In this document: positions 27,691 to 39,100 of the stretch, piece after piece | Layout of the letters: every line of letters starts with the position of its first letter | How positions within the stretch are numbered: position 1 is the stretch's first letter | From: Octopus vulgaris | Taxonomy: Eukaryota | Direction: 5' to 3' | Assembly (NCBI GenBank): GCA_951406725.2 | Contig: OX597822.1 | Coordinates: forward strand, 22,072,001-22,136,000 | DNA: 64,000 nucleotides | Made by a program: the position numbers and the translations under genes | Notes under the pieces: model-generated | The model's input: the letters and a program-made list of their open reading frames with translations, nothing else | What the model was told of the DNA's origin: nothing | Database searches by the model: none

Positions 27691-30146
27691 AATAATAATA
27701 ATAATAATAATTTCTACTAAAGGCACCAGGCCTGAAATTTGGGGGAAGGGTCCTAGTCAAATACATCGACCCCAGTGTTCATCTGGTACTTATTTTATCA
27801 ACCTTGAAAGGATGAATATCATTTAAGATTAAAAGGGATCAGAACACAGAATGTAAAGAACCAGAAAAAAAGTCACTAATCATTTTGTTGAGCATGCTAA
27901 CGGTTCTCCTAGCTGACCACCTGAAATAGTTTTGGACTCTCCCATCGAAGATGACATATGAGTGTTCAGCTTTTGCTGAATGACCTGCACAAACGATTTG
28001 TTTATAGTAATCAAACATAGGTAGAGGGGCTCCAAAAGGGGTCTCAGGAAGTAGTGTCTCTGCCTTCCTGAGCTTGTTTTCCATCACATTTCTCAAGGCC
28101 ACTCATGTCTAGAAACTGAGGTTGGGGGTAAGCAAGGGCTTGTTCTCTGTAGAAAATTCAGCTCCAAAAAAGCTTCATGATAGCTAAGGAGAATGGGCAC
28201 CAGCCAACCCAAAGGTTAGGGTGCTGCCTACCTCAAAAAGGAAGGTGCAACCCTTCATTCTAGGTTGCGCAAGCATGACTTGCCATATGATGGCCGAAGG
28301 CCTGACGAGAAGCTTGGTGTTAGGGTTAGGGTTGGAAAGTTGGAATGTGGGCAGTTTGCGTGGAAGGGGAACTAAGGTATGTGAAGAATTGATAAAGATA
28401 AGGGTGGATGTGAGCTGTGTGCAGGAGGCTAGGTGGAGGGGCCAGGGTGCAAAATTTGTGGGGGGTCAAGGGAAGAAGGTACAAGATGTGGTGGTCAGGA
28501 AATACCAAGGGGACTGGAGGTGTGGGAGTTTTGGTGAAAGAAGAAATCTGTGAGAAGGTGGTGGAGGTCAGGAGAAAGAGAGACAGAGTGATGACAGTAG
28601 TGTTAGCATTTGAGGAAGAAGTGGTGAGGGTGATTTGTGGGTATGATCCACAGAATGGAAGCAGGATCACTGAGAAAGAGCAGTTCTTTGCTGAAATAGC
28701 AAATGAGTGGGACTTACAAAAGATAGATGAATTAGTTTTGGGCTTGGGTGATTTTAATGGACATGTTGAGAAATGGATCCAGAGCTTTGAGGGTGTGCAT
28801 GGGGGAAACAGAAATGGGGAGAGAAATGTGGAATGAAGGATGCTGTTGGAGTTTTGTGATGAGAAAGAGTTGTGTGTGGCGAACATGTGGTTTAGGAAAA
28901 CAGAGAAATGGAAGGTGACTTTCAGTGCAGACGGGAATGAGACGGAGATTGATTTTGTGATGGTTGGCAAGAAGAACAAAAAGTATCAGAAAGATGTGAA
29001 GACAATACCAGGGGAGTTGCAGCACAGGTTAGTGGTTGCTGACTTGGGCTGAGAAAGGGAACGGCCGAGAAGAGAAAGGTGTGGAAACTGAAGGAAGAAG
29101 AAACAAAAGCATGGTTTGAGGAGAGAATTCAGGAGTTGCACTGGATTTGTGGAAGTCTTTTAAAGAAGGGGTATTAAAGGCATGTGACGAAGTGTGTTGA
29201 AGGACAAAAGGAAGGAGGGATTGAGGAGATATGTAGTGGTGGAACAAGGAGGTGAGTGATGCGATAGTGAGGAAGGAGGGAGTGCACAAAGCTTTATGTT
29301 ATAATAGGACTGAGCAAATGAGAGTCAGGTATGAAGAATCGTGCAAAGAGGGTGATTGTGAGATCTATGAGGAAGGAAGCTGGGGAGAAGTTGAGCAGGC
29401 TGGATGAGAACCCAGATAGAGTGTTTAGGTTTATTAAATAGATGAAAAAAGATGGAAGAGATGTTGAGGGAGGAAGATGCATGAGGGTGAGTGATGGAAG
29501 GTTGAATTTTAGTGAGAAGGACAGGGGAAGGGTTTGGAAGGAGCATATGGAGGGAATTATGAATGAGGAGAATGAATGGGATCAGAGGGTGGAAGTTGTT
29601 GTGGTAAAGGGGCCAGTGGAGAGGGTTAGTCAGGAGGAAGTAGTGGAAGCAATGAAGGAAATGACAACAAGAAAGGCAAAGGGGGATGCAATGAGCTGTG
29701 GGGCATATATGGGAGTGATGTTATTGGAGCATGCAATGAAGATAGTGGAAAGGGTGTTGGAGAGGAGAATTTGGAAAGGGGTGGATGTGGACGAGATGCT
29801 TTTTGGTTTTATGCCAGGAAGGGAGACAATAAATGCATTGTTCATTGTAAGGAGATTGCAGGAGGAGTACTGAGATAAGGGGAAGGGGTTGTACATATGC
29901 TTCATTGATCTGTAGAAGGCATATGATAGGGTTTCAAGGAAGGTGACTGAGTTGGCATTGATGAAGAGAGGTGTACTAAAGGTAATAGTGAGGGCAGTGA
30001 TGAGTTTGGGTGAGGGGTTAAACACAAAAGTTTGAATTGGATCAGAGCTGTCGAAGGATTTTGCTGTGAAAGTTGGTGTGCATCAGGGAACTGTGTTGTC
30101 ACCATTGTTGTTTGCAATAGTGGTTTATGTGGTAATGGAGAGTGCA

Positions 30147-30654
30147 GGGGTTCCGGTTTCCCGGTTTCTTGGCGTATAGGTTCCCCACCTGGACGGGACG
30201 CAGGTCCGTCACAGGTGAGCTGCAAAATGCAGGAGGAAAGAGTGAAAGAAAGTTGTGGCGAAAGAATCAACAGAAGTTTTGCCATTACCTTCTGCCGGAG
30301 CCACGGGGAGCTTAGGTGTTTCGCTCATAAACACATGCATCACCCGGTCTGAGATTCAAACCTATTTCTTCATTGCCCACAAGGGGCTAAACATAGAGGG
30401 GACAGACAAACAGATTAAGTCAATTACATTGACCCCAGTGCGTCACTGGTACTTTATTTATGGACCCCGAAAGGATGAAAGGCAAAGTCAACCTTGGCAG
30501 AATTTGAACTCAGAATGCAGCGGTGGACGAAATACCACAAAGCATTCCTACCAGCGTGCTAACATTTCTGCCAGCTCGCCGCCTTTTGAGATTCAAGCCT
30601 GCGATCCCTCAACCGTCAGTCCGCTCCTCTAACCACTTGACCATATGCCTCCAC
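30147..30654 (-). mobile_element. tRNA-derived SINE (GTGGAGGC... family) inserted in the LINE RT domain
   Basis: 8-bp TSD AGAGTGCA at 30139-30146 and 30655-30662. Removing the insert restores ...VVMESAMEGLIMEILYADG. The minus-strand head has A-box TGGTCAAGTGG. Confidence 0.88.
30364..30586 (-). mobile_element. SINE of the GGCGGCGAGCTGGCAGAA family inserted in the B-box of the outer SINE
   Basis: 14-bp TSD TGAGATTCAA(A/G)CCT at 30350-30363 and 30587-30600. Homologous to 19497-19726 and 41265-41495. Confidence 0.9.
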
Positions 30655-33191
30655 AGAGTGCAATGGAGGGATTGATAATGGAGATACTATATGCAGATGG
30701 CCTTGTGATGAGTGAGATGATGGAGGGATTGAAGAAGAAGTTTTGGAAGGAGGCATTTGAAAGCAAAGGTTTGAAGGTAAACCTCAGGAAGACAAAGGTG
30801 ATGGTCAGTGGGGTGGAAGGAGGAGTGTTAATGAGTAAGGTGGGTCCATGTAGTGTATGTGGGAGGAGGGTAATGGCAAATGTGGTATTGTGTACAAGAT
30901 GTGAGAAATAGATTCATGGTAGATGCATGAAAATGAAGAAGGTGACCCCAAGACTGGCCAGAGAGTTTGTTTGTGGAACATCTGAGAAAGGAGCTGGAGG
31001 GCTGGCAGAACCAGTGGAAATGCTGTGACAAGGTGGAAACAGAGAGAGGGTTTTGTTATTTGGGAGAAAGGATGGATGTAAGTGGTGGATGCAAAGTAGC
31101 TGTGACAGCAAGAGTGAGACTTGGCTGGGTGAAGTTCAGTGAATGTGGATCATTATTATATAGGAAAAGGTATTCATTGAAGATGAAAGGAAAGGTCTAT
31201 AGGAGTTGTGTGAGAGGTACAATGCTGTATGGGAGTGAGACATGGTGTTTGAGAGGGAGAGAAATGGCAATTTTGAGAAGGACCAAAAGAGGAATGGTGA
31301 GAGAAATGTGTGGTGTGAAGCTGTTTGATAAGAGGAGAACTGAGGACTTGATGGGGATACTGGGGTGCAGGAATCAGTGGAACAGCTGGTAAGGGCAAAT
31401 GGAGTGCAGTGGTATGGACATGTGTTGTGAAGGGATGAGGAGCATATTCTGAGGAGGGTGCTTGAGTTTGAGGTAAATGGACCATAAAAGTGAGGTAGTC
31501 CAAGGAAAATGTGGAGGGAACAGGTGGATGAAGAGATTGGGAGGGTTGGATTGAGAAGGGAGGATGCCCAAAACCAGGCATGATGGGAAGATGGCGTGAG
31601 GGCAGTTGCTATGGCATTGAGGTAGATTCAGTCACCCCCATTAACAGGAACAAAACCCAGATTTAAAATACTGGATGATGATGATGATGAAACGTATGTG
31701 CTATATATTAGCTCACTCCCACCATCAAATTGCCTGAACAGGTGCACAGTGTACCACATGTCAGGTGTCAAAATGATCCCAGAGCAATGTGAGATGAAGT
31801 GTTTTGCTCAAAAACGCAATGCAGAAACTGGTCTAGGAATTATAAACCATGATCTTGCAATTGTGAGTGCAACACCCTAACCACTAAGCCATGCATCCCT
31901 CACATAAAATAAAAATGCTACGGGCATATAATAATAATAATGATGATGATGATCTTATGCTATACAATGCTCAGGTGCACTATGAATTATTCATCAAAAC
32001 CATTCTACTTGAAGGAATTAACATTTTTTTTTATTTTTCAAATTTTTGTAATTGAAGGAAGGAATAATTAGATATTAGTCATAGACACAGATACAGCTGT
32101 ATGGTTAAGAATTTTACTTCATAACCATGTATTTCCTGGTACAATCTCACTGCACTGCATCATGTCAAATATTTCTACTGTAGCCTCATGTTGACTAAAG
32201 CCTTGTAAATGGAAATTCAAATTTTGGCACAAGGCCAGAAACATTGGGGGTGGCAGTAAGTTGATTACATTGACCCTAGTATTCTACTGGTACTTATTTT
32301 GTCAACTCCGAAAGAAATGAGAGGAAAAGTCAAACTTAGTGGAATTTGAATGTAAAGACACCACTAATCATTTTGCCTGGCATACCAACGATTCTACCAG
32401 CTCACCACCTTAACTATTGACTAGTTTATGATACAAAAGAATCCATCACTTTGTTGTTCTGGTGTGGATTCAGTCAACTCTGCTAGAACAGACTTCTGGT
32501 ATGCAGATATGTAGAAAGTCAAAGATATTGGTGCTATTCACAAATACTGCTTTCTAGATGTTCTATACTTTTGTCTCTGGAAATATCACACTCCAAACTC
32601 AAAAATACTTTGATTTGATATGTGGGATGCAGTGTGATATGTTACTTTCTCTCCCCTGTCAAGTTCATTCTTGTATATTTGAGGCTACAAACTGTGATCA
32701 TAGCAAGGATGAACAAGACTCAGCTGAAGGATGCATGCAATTTACTGTTCCAGTTTAGGACTGATCTTTAGACCTATGAACAAAAGCCTTCCAGCTATGA
32801 TTCACCTGTTTTCTGATTGGCACGGTATATCTAGGATTATATAATCCAATGCGTTTTTCTAGTTTTCAAGTCATCGAGTATGATTTGAAGGAGATTTAGC
32901 TGTCATTTTTTGCCCATTGAGTGACCATGTAGAGGACTTCATAACCTAGCAAAAGTTCAGCAGCCAAATAGGTCACTATTACTACTACTAGAAAAAATAA
33001 GTCTCCACAAACAAACAGAATTTGTAACCCGTATATGGTAAAGAGGAAGAAGACAACGAATAAACATATATACATGTATGTATGTGTGTGTGTGTGTGTG
33101 TGTGGATGATGGATGGATGGATGTGTATGTGTGCATGCATACATGCGTGTGTCTATGTATGTATGAATGCATGCATGTGTACATATATATA

Positions 33192-33406
33192 CAAGTGGAT
33201 GCTGAAAAGTTCCCGACTTTAAGGGTGTCGCAAAGGGTCTGGCTGAAGGCCCAACCGTCCAAGTCCTTTTACAGGGCTTAGAAAAACTGAAGGACCACTG
33301 CAATGTGTGTGAATCTGAGAGGGGAATATGTTGAGTAAAATCATAATTAACTGATCCTCCTGTATTTCTTTTACCCAAAGCCAGGAACTTTTCAGCCACA
33401 CCCTCA
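33192..33406 (+). mobile_element. Mariner deletion derivative (MITE) retaining the transposase C-terminus
   Basis: TA-flanked TIRs ...GCTGAAAAGTTCCCGACTTT / AAAGCCAGGAACTTTTCAGC.... The interior reads WLKAQPSKSF / QGLEKLKDHCN / CVNLRGEYVE* across frameshifts, matching the mariner ending F..GI.KL..RW.KC....GEYVE. Confidence 0.85.
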
Positions 33407-33474
33407 TATATGTGTCTGCATGTCTATGTCTGTCTGTTTGTATGTATATATATGTATGTATGTATGTGTGTGTG

Positions 33475-33506
<32 letters not shown>

Positions 33507-33526
33507 CATGTATATGTGTATGTATG

Positions 33527-33558
<32 letters not shown>

Positions 33559-33573
33559 CTTATATATATGTAT

Positions 33574-34085
33574 GTGTAGGCGCAATGACCCAGTGGTTAG
33601 GGCAGCGGATTCATGGTCATAGGATCGCGGTTTCAATTCCCAGACCGGGCATTGTGATTGTTTATTGAGTGAAAACACCTAAAGCTCCATGTGGCTCCAG
33701 CAAGGGGTGGTGGTGAACCCTGCTGTACTCTTTCACCACAACTTTCTCCCACTTTTTCTTTTTGTTTCTGTTGTACCTGTATTTGAAAGGGCCAGCCTTG
33801 TCACACTCTGTGCCATGCTGAATCTCCTCAAGAACTACGTTAAGGGTACACGTGTCTGTGGAGTGCTCAGCCACTTGTACATTAACAAATGAGTTGCAAT
33901 GTCACTGGTGCAAAGCTGTATCAGCCTTTGCCTTTCCCTTGGATAGCATCGGTGGCATGGGGAGGGGAGGCTGGTATGCATGGGCGACTGCTGGTCTTTC
34001 ATAAGCAACCTTGCCCAGACTTGTGCCTCAGAGGCTAACTTTCTAGGTGCAATCCCATGGTCATTCATGACCGAATGGGTCGCAA
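33574..34085 (+). mobile_element. tRNA-derived SINE, GTGGAGGCGCAATGGCCCAGTGG family
   Basis: Head GGCGCAATGACCCAGTGGTTAGGGCAGCGGATT...GGTTTCAATTCCC has A and B boxes. The same head with different 3' parts occurs at 44070-44360(-) and 30147-30654(-). Confidence 0.85.
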
Positions 34086-35159
34086 TATATATGTATGTAT
34101 CAGGCACATGCCAAGAGTAATTACTCAGGATAGGCAGTTGGTGGTGTTTATGTAGTAAAACACACAAAAAAATAGGCAAAACACGGGCACGTGACTGAGT
34201 GGGAAGCAGATTTACTTCTGCCTTTATAGCATGTAAAGAAAACATTGTTGTAGAAATGTATGCAGCATGTGTACTACAACAGCACTATGCATAGTTTTAA
34301 TACTGAAATTGAAAGGGGTGAATTATGCCTACCTAATCTACAAATAAATAGAATATTTTGCATTTTATACATAATAATCAGAGTAACTATAATTTTATTG
34401 AATTAGGTGCATATTTTGCCATAAAAGGAAAATGTTACTATCAATCTATTTCATTCAAGGCAGGCTCTGCCTACCCAGGCGACACGTCCCTGATGTGTAT
34501 GTATGTCAGTATCAGCCAAACTATTGGATGTGGTTATACACCGCTAGTCACAATGCACTTTATTCACCTTACCGACACAAAATTCAAATCCATATGGTAA
34601 CTCAGTAAACTACATACCCACACAGTCATGCCTGCGCTTTTAATATTCTAAAGTTTATATCTGAAATTTATAACCACTTTACATGTTTTATATTTAATAA
34701 ACATATTCACTAATTACACACAAAGATGTTTATTACATGATGATAGTTTTTTTTCCATTTAATATACACCTTTTCATTATTTAATAATTTAATAAGCATC
34801 ATGTTTATGTCTACTTAGTATCCCAGAATCAGCTCTTTGTCTCTAAAACAAATACCAAAATTTCTTGTAAAAGGTTCCTGGAATAGATTTTCATAACCAA
34901 TGAAATAGAATTTGTGTATGAACTCTTGAAAAATGCTAAGTAGAGAAGAAAAAATAAGTTGAAATTTGTGGAATAAAAACCAAAATTTGATGCTATAACT
35001 CTGTTGCATGTGTTTAGAATGATTTTATTATTATTTATTAATTTCCTTTAGCTGCACAGGTGCTGAAAGTCTCTTTCAATTCTCTCCTACTAGTTGATGT
35101 GCTGCCACTGAGAAATATTAGATGAAAATGTTTGGACTTTTGTTTATAGATTTCTCAAA

Positions 35160-36410
35160 CATCATCATCATCATTTAATGGCTGTTTTCCATGCTGGCAT
35201 GAATTGGACGATTTGACAGGAGCTGGCCAGCTGCCCGGGCTCCTGTTGTCTGTTTTGGCATGGTTTCTACAGCTGGATGCCCTTCCCAAGGCCAACCACT
35301 TTACAGGGTACTGGGTGCTTTTTATGTGTCACTGACCCAGGTGTCTTTATGTGGCTCTGGGATGGATGCTTTTATGTGGTACTGGCATTGGTGCTTTTAC
35401 ATGGAACCAGCTTGGTGGTTTTTGAGGGGTACCAGCATAGATGCTTTCCGTGAGGCACTAGCACAGGTGCTTTTTATATGACACCAGCACCTGTGAGCCC
35501 ACAAGACAAAGACCTCTCAGCAGAGAGAGGAAGTGGAGCATGACCATAAAAGAGGTGCCTGTATGGTTGGATAGTTGTCATTTTACTTGGTCCCTTGTCA
35601 TCTCCTCTGTGAAGCCCAATGTCTGAAGATCCTTCCTCACATCTTGGGCTTACTTGTTCCATAAGTTCTCTCCACAATTAGAGATCAGTAATTATTTATG
35701 TGACTGTCCTCATCCATATGCATCACATAACCATATCAGTGCAGTCTTCTCTCTTGCACACTACATCTGGTTCCTCATAAACCCAGTTTTTCTCTTAAAA
35801 CATTTACACTCTGTTGTACATGCACACTGACATTACCCATGCTGGATTCATTTCTCTCAAGCTTTTACATGTCCTTTGTAGTCATAGCCCATGTTTCACT
35901 GCCATGTAGCATAGCTGTTCGTACACATGCATCATACGATCTGCCTTTCACTCTGAGGCAGAGGCACTTTGTTACCAACAAAAGTAGTAGTTCTCTGAAC
36001 TTTGCCCAGCCTGTTCTTATTCTGTCAACTATGCTTCTAGAACTCCCTCCTTCACCACTGCCTTGATCACTTAGGTAATAAAAACTATATGCTACTTCTA
36101 AAGATCCTCCTGGGCATTTGAGGAAGTCTATTCTTAATGTTTATTGTACCTGCACATCAACCACACACAAAGACTACTTTCACTGTTCATCTTCCTGAGA
36201 TTACCACTGCACCTCTTATACGTCCATAGCTTACACTGGGTACACTGTATGGAGTTTCTACCAACATCTTTCCTACATATCAAGCACGGCCATCTCCCTG
36301 AAGGGATTTGTGATTTGTTTTTTTTCCTACTTATTTGGACTTTGATCTTTGCCAAATTAACTCTAATGCCCCTACATTTCAGACCTTGCTTCCACACCTG
36401 ATATTTCTTG
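35160..36410 (-). mobile_element. 5'-truncated decayed RTE LINE of a second family, with 3' UTR and (GAT)n tail
   Basis: ORF 36134-36505 (-) reads WKQGLKCRGIRVNLAKIKV...GRWPCLICRKDVGRNSIQCTQCKLWTYKRCSG, the post-RT Cys-rich region also seen in the 28-31 kb LINE. It ends in ...CATGCCAGCATGGAAAACAGCCATTAAA(TGA)n. Confidence 0.8.
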
Positions 36411-37261
36411 TCACTATTTTTGGTAGGTTCTGAAAGATCCATATAGCTGAGAATGCACAGACCTCTAATAGATACCATAAGGTATCTTATAAGTAGATAT
36501 GTCAAACATCCCAGTCCTACTTCTGCTAATCCACTGCCCTGGATTTCTGTTTCGTTTTATCAACTCTAAAATAACAATAGGCAAAGTTGACCTTAACATG
36601 ACATGTTTACATTGTCCTATGTTTACATTCTATACTGTTATGCGTTGGACTAGTCATCATGATTTGAGCCAGTTTATTCAGAGTTATTGAACTGTTAATG
36701 AGTAGGTGATCATATGTTGCTCATACACGTCCTTTTTTACTTTATTCCTGCAGTTGAATGTCCTTCCTGCCATAAACCAGTTTCTAGAGTGTACTGAGTG
36801 CAGTTTATCAAGGCACCAGCACAAGAGAATTTGTCATGTCCTCAGTAGGACTTAGGTGTGTGCATGTATCAGAGAGAGGGAGACACTATAAAATTATTTT
36901 ACCATTTCTAACATGTCTAAACATATTTTAAGCAAATTAATGTGTTACAAACATTTAATTTTTTTTTTTGCTACCTAAATTTTTAGCATATATAATTACA
37001 AAAAGCAAAGAGTCTAGTAATAAAATACAGTGCATCTATCAAGATTATGTATATGGTCTTGTAAGACTATATACAATGTATCTAGAATTATTGTTTTCTA
37101 GTAAGACTGTATTGTGACAGTAATGAATATTATATTCCAGATGTTTGAGTCATGAGATCTGATGTCTAGAAAGTCAATGACAAATATACTTTATATAATT
37201 TTATCTATATAATTATCTGTATAATATTTATATCTGATTTACATTTGTTTTATTTGTTCAG

Positions 37262-37396
37262 AATCAGTATATCATGCTCAGACAATTCATATCTGCTCTA
37301 AATAAGGATGCCTTTGAAACATCACACCCAATTGAAAATGGAGTGAAACAACCCAGAGATATAGCTGTAGTATTTGACAGTATAACCTATAAGAAG
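37262..37396 (+). CDS. Next exon of the same M1 aminopeptidase, carrying the catalytic Tyr region
   Basis: tttatttgttcAG acceptor, then 135 nt translating to NQYIMLRQFISALNKDAFETSHPIENGVKQPRDIAVVFDSITYKK, then a GTAAGT donor. It matches the M1 pattern D...SHPI...V..P..I...FD.I.Y.K(G) and continues the previous exon in frame across a 16,678-nt intron. Confidence 0.94.
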
Positions 37397-37513
37397 GTAA
37401 GTAAATGGAAGTCTTCTAAAGTTTCTAATATTTTTCTTTCAGGTTATGATTAATGTCTCTTGCAGAAATTAATTGATTGCAATTTTTCTATTAGTTCTTT
37501 CAATAGATATGTT

Positions 37514-37566
<53 letters not shown>

Positions 37567-37571
37567 TATGT

Positions 37572-37633
<62 letters not shown>

Positions 37634-37662
37634 TATATATGTATATATGTATACATATATAC

Positions 37663-37796
<134 letters not shown>

Positions 37797-37899
37797 GTAT
37801 ATATATATATTTTTATGTTTGCAAGTTGAAAATTAATGTATATACAGGTTTGAAATTAATGATGACACAAACAACAAAAAGACATTGTGAAAATGAAGT

Positions 37900-39100
37900 G
37901 CAGTTTTACTTTGAAAATCAATAGTAGATTAGGAAAGTAGAAGTGCTTTTGATGTTTTGTGCTTATGCTCTTCTTCACAAAGTTTTTTTTTTATTCAGAA
38001 GGAATTAGTGTAGAGGAAGGAAAGAAAACATGATTGATAGAAAAATATGTGTTTTTCTGTCAAGTAATGTTTAAAATAGCAAATGCTAAATAACCAAAAG
38101 TGTGATAGAAGGAATGAGGTTTCATACAGACAAAACAACAGGGAGATATTTGTATGTAAATTATCTTTGTGTATGTGTTTCTAGATGTAATGTGTGAGCC
38201 TAATATAGGTGAAGTAGTGCATATGTATGTAAAGTCATAGAATGTATGTTTGTATAAATATGTGTGCAAGTTTGTATTAGAAATTAATAACATGGTCAGA
38301 AAAGTTTTTATAACATGCGTATGTGTCATGTGTGAGTAATATGATGATGACATATGTTAAAAAAAGTGTAGTCATTGAGGCCATGAGATATGAAAAATTT
38401 AAGAATGAAAAGGAGTTTCTGTTCATGTTGGAACTAAGGTCGCTGTAAAGGGCTACACTAAGCACAAAGAGAAGCCAAGTTGAGTGCATGACTGGGAAAT
38501 TATTATCAAGGTGGATGTTCAGTGAAGTGAGCACACAAACATTGTCTAATTGGTCTTAAGTACAGGGAATTGCAAAGTGTGTATTGAATGCAATATATGA
38601 GTTGAGTAGAGAAAGCAATTGAAGGAATCAGTTTTACAGAGAGAATAGTGGTTAGGACCAATAAACAGAATGGTGTTGGAGAGAAAGAGACAAGCATGGC
38701 AGCAGGAACAAAAAAGGGACCTTGGTTGGGTGTAGATTAGGGAAGGAACTATGGATGTATGGCTTATATAGATTATAGATGCATTAAAAGGAGGGGGAGA
38801 AGTGACTTGAGAAAGATATGGGAAGTTGTTGGGTCAGATTGGAAGACATATAATGCAAGTAGAACAGTCTGTTAAAGGGGTAGTTGGAAGGGTGGTAGGT
38901 GAAGGAAACTGAAGGTAATCATGGATGGGCTGGAGGCAGGGTAAAGGGTAGAGATGCCACTGACTTCAAAAATGAGTGTTGAGTGTGGCTTGGATTATGG
39001 TGGAGGGTATTTACAATGAGCCAAGTGTTGAGCAAGGAATTGAAATTGAGTCTCCCAATTATAGTTGCAGTTCAAGAGACAGGAAAGATAGAACTGAGTA
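37900..39100 (-). mobile_element. Decayed Penelope-like element (GIY-YIG endonuclease remnant and 3' tail)
   Basis: ORF 38506-38697 (-) ends in STQLIYCIQYTLCNSLYLRPIRQCLCAHFTEH, resembling the PLE pattern S.N.IYCI.C..C...YIG.T...L..RF.EH. A SHGLN-like end lies near 38375-38390. The 5' boundary is uncertain. Confidence 0.6.

Larger units (their letters stand above)
28100..31690 (+). mobile_element. Decayed RTE-clade LINE (APE endonuclease plus reverse transcriptase) with stops, frameshifts, an internal deletion and nested SINEs
   Basis: Endonuclease motifs SWNVGSLRGR...CVQEARWRG, LGDFNGHV and TEIDFVMV. RT motifs LLEHAMKIVERVLE...FGFMPGRET..ALFIVRRLQE, VGVHQG and ILYADGLV (decayed YADD). C-terminal RVRLGWVKF...MLYGSETW. 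(GAT)n tail at about 31675-31690. Confidence 0.93.

Noticed and set aside
28320-28331. TTAGGGTTAGGG telomere-like repeat
   Set aside because: Only two units, lying in the start of the RTE endonuclease coding region.
33574-33650. tRNA-like sequences with A and B boxes
   Set aside because: They are heads of multicopy SINEs that continue into SINE bodies, not tRNA genes.
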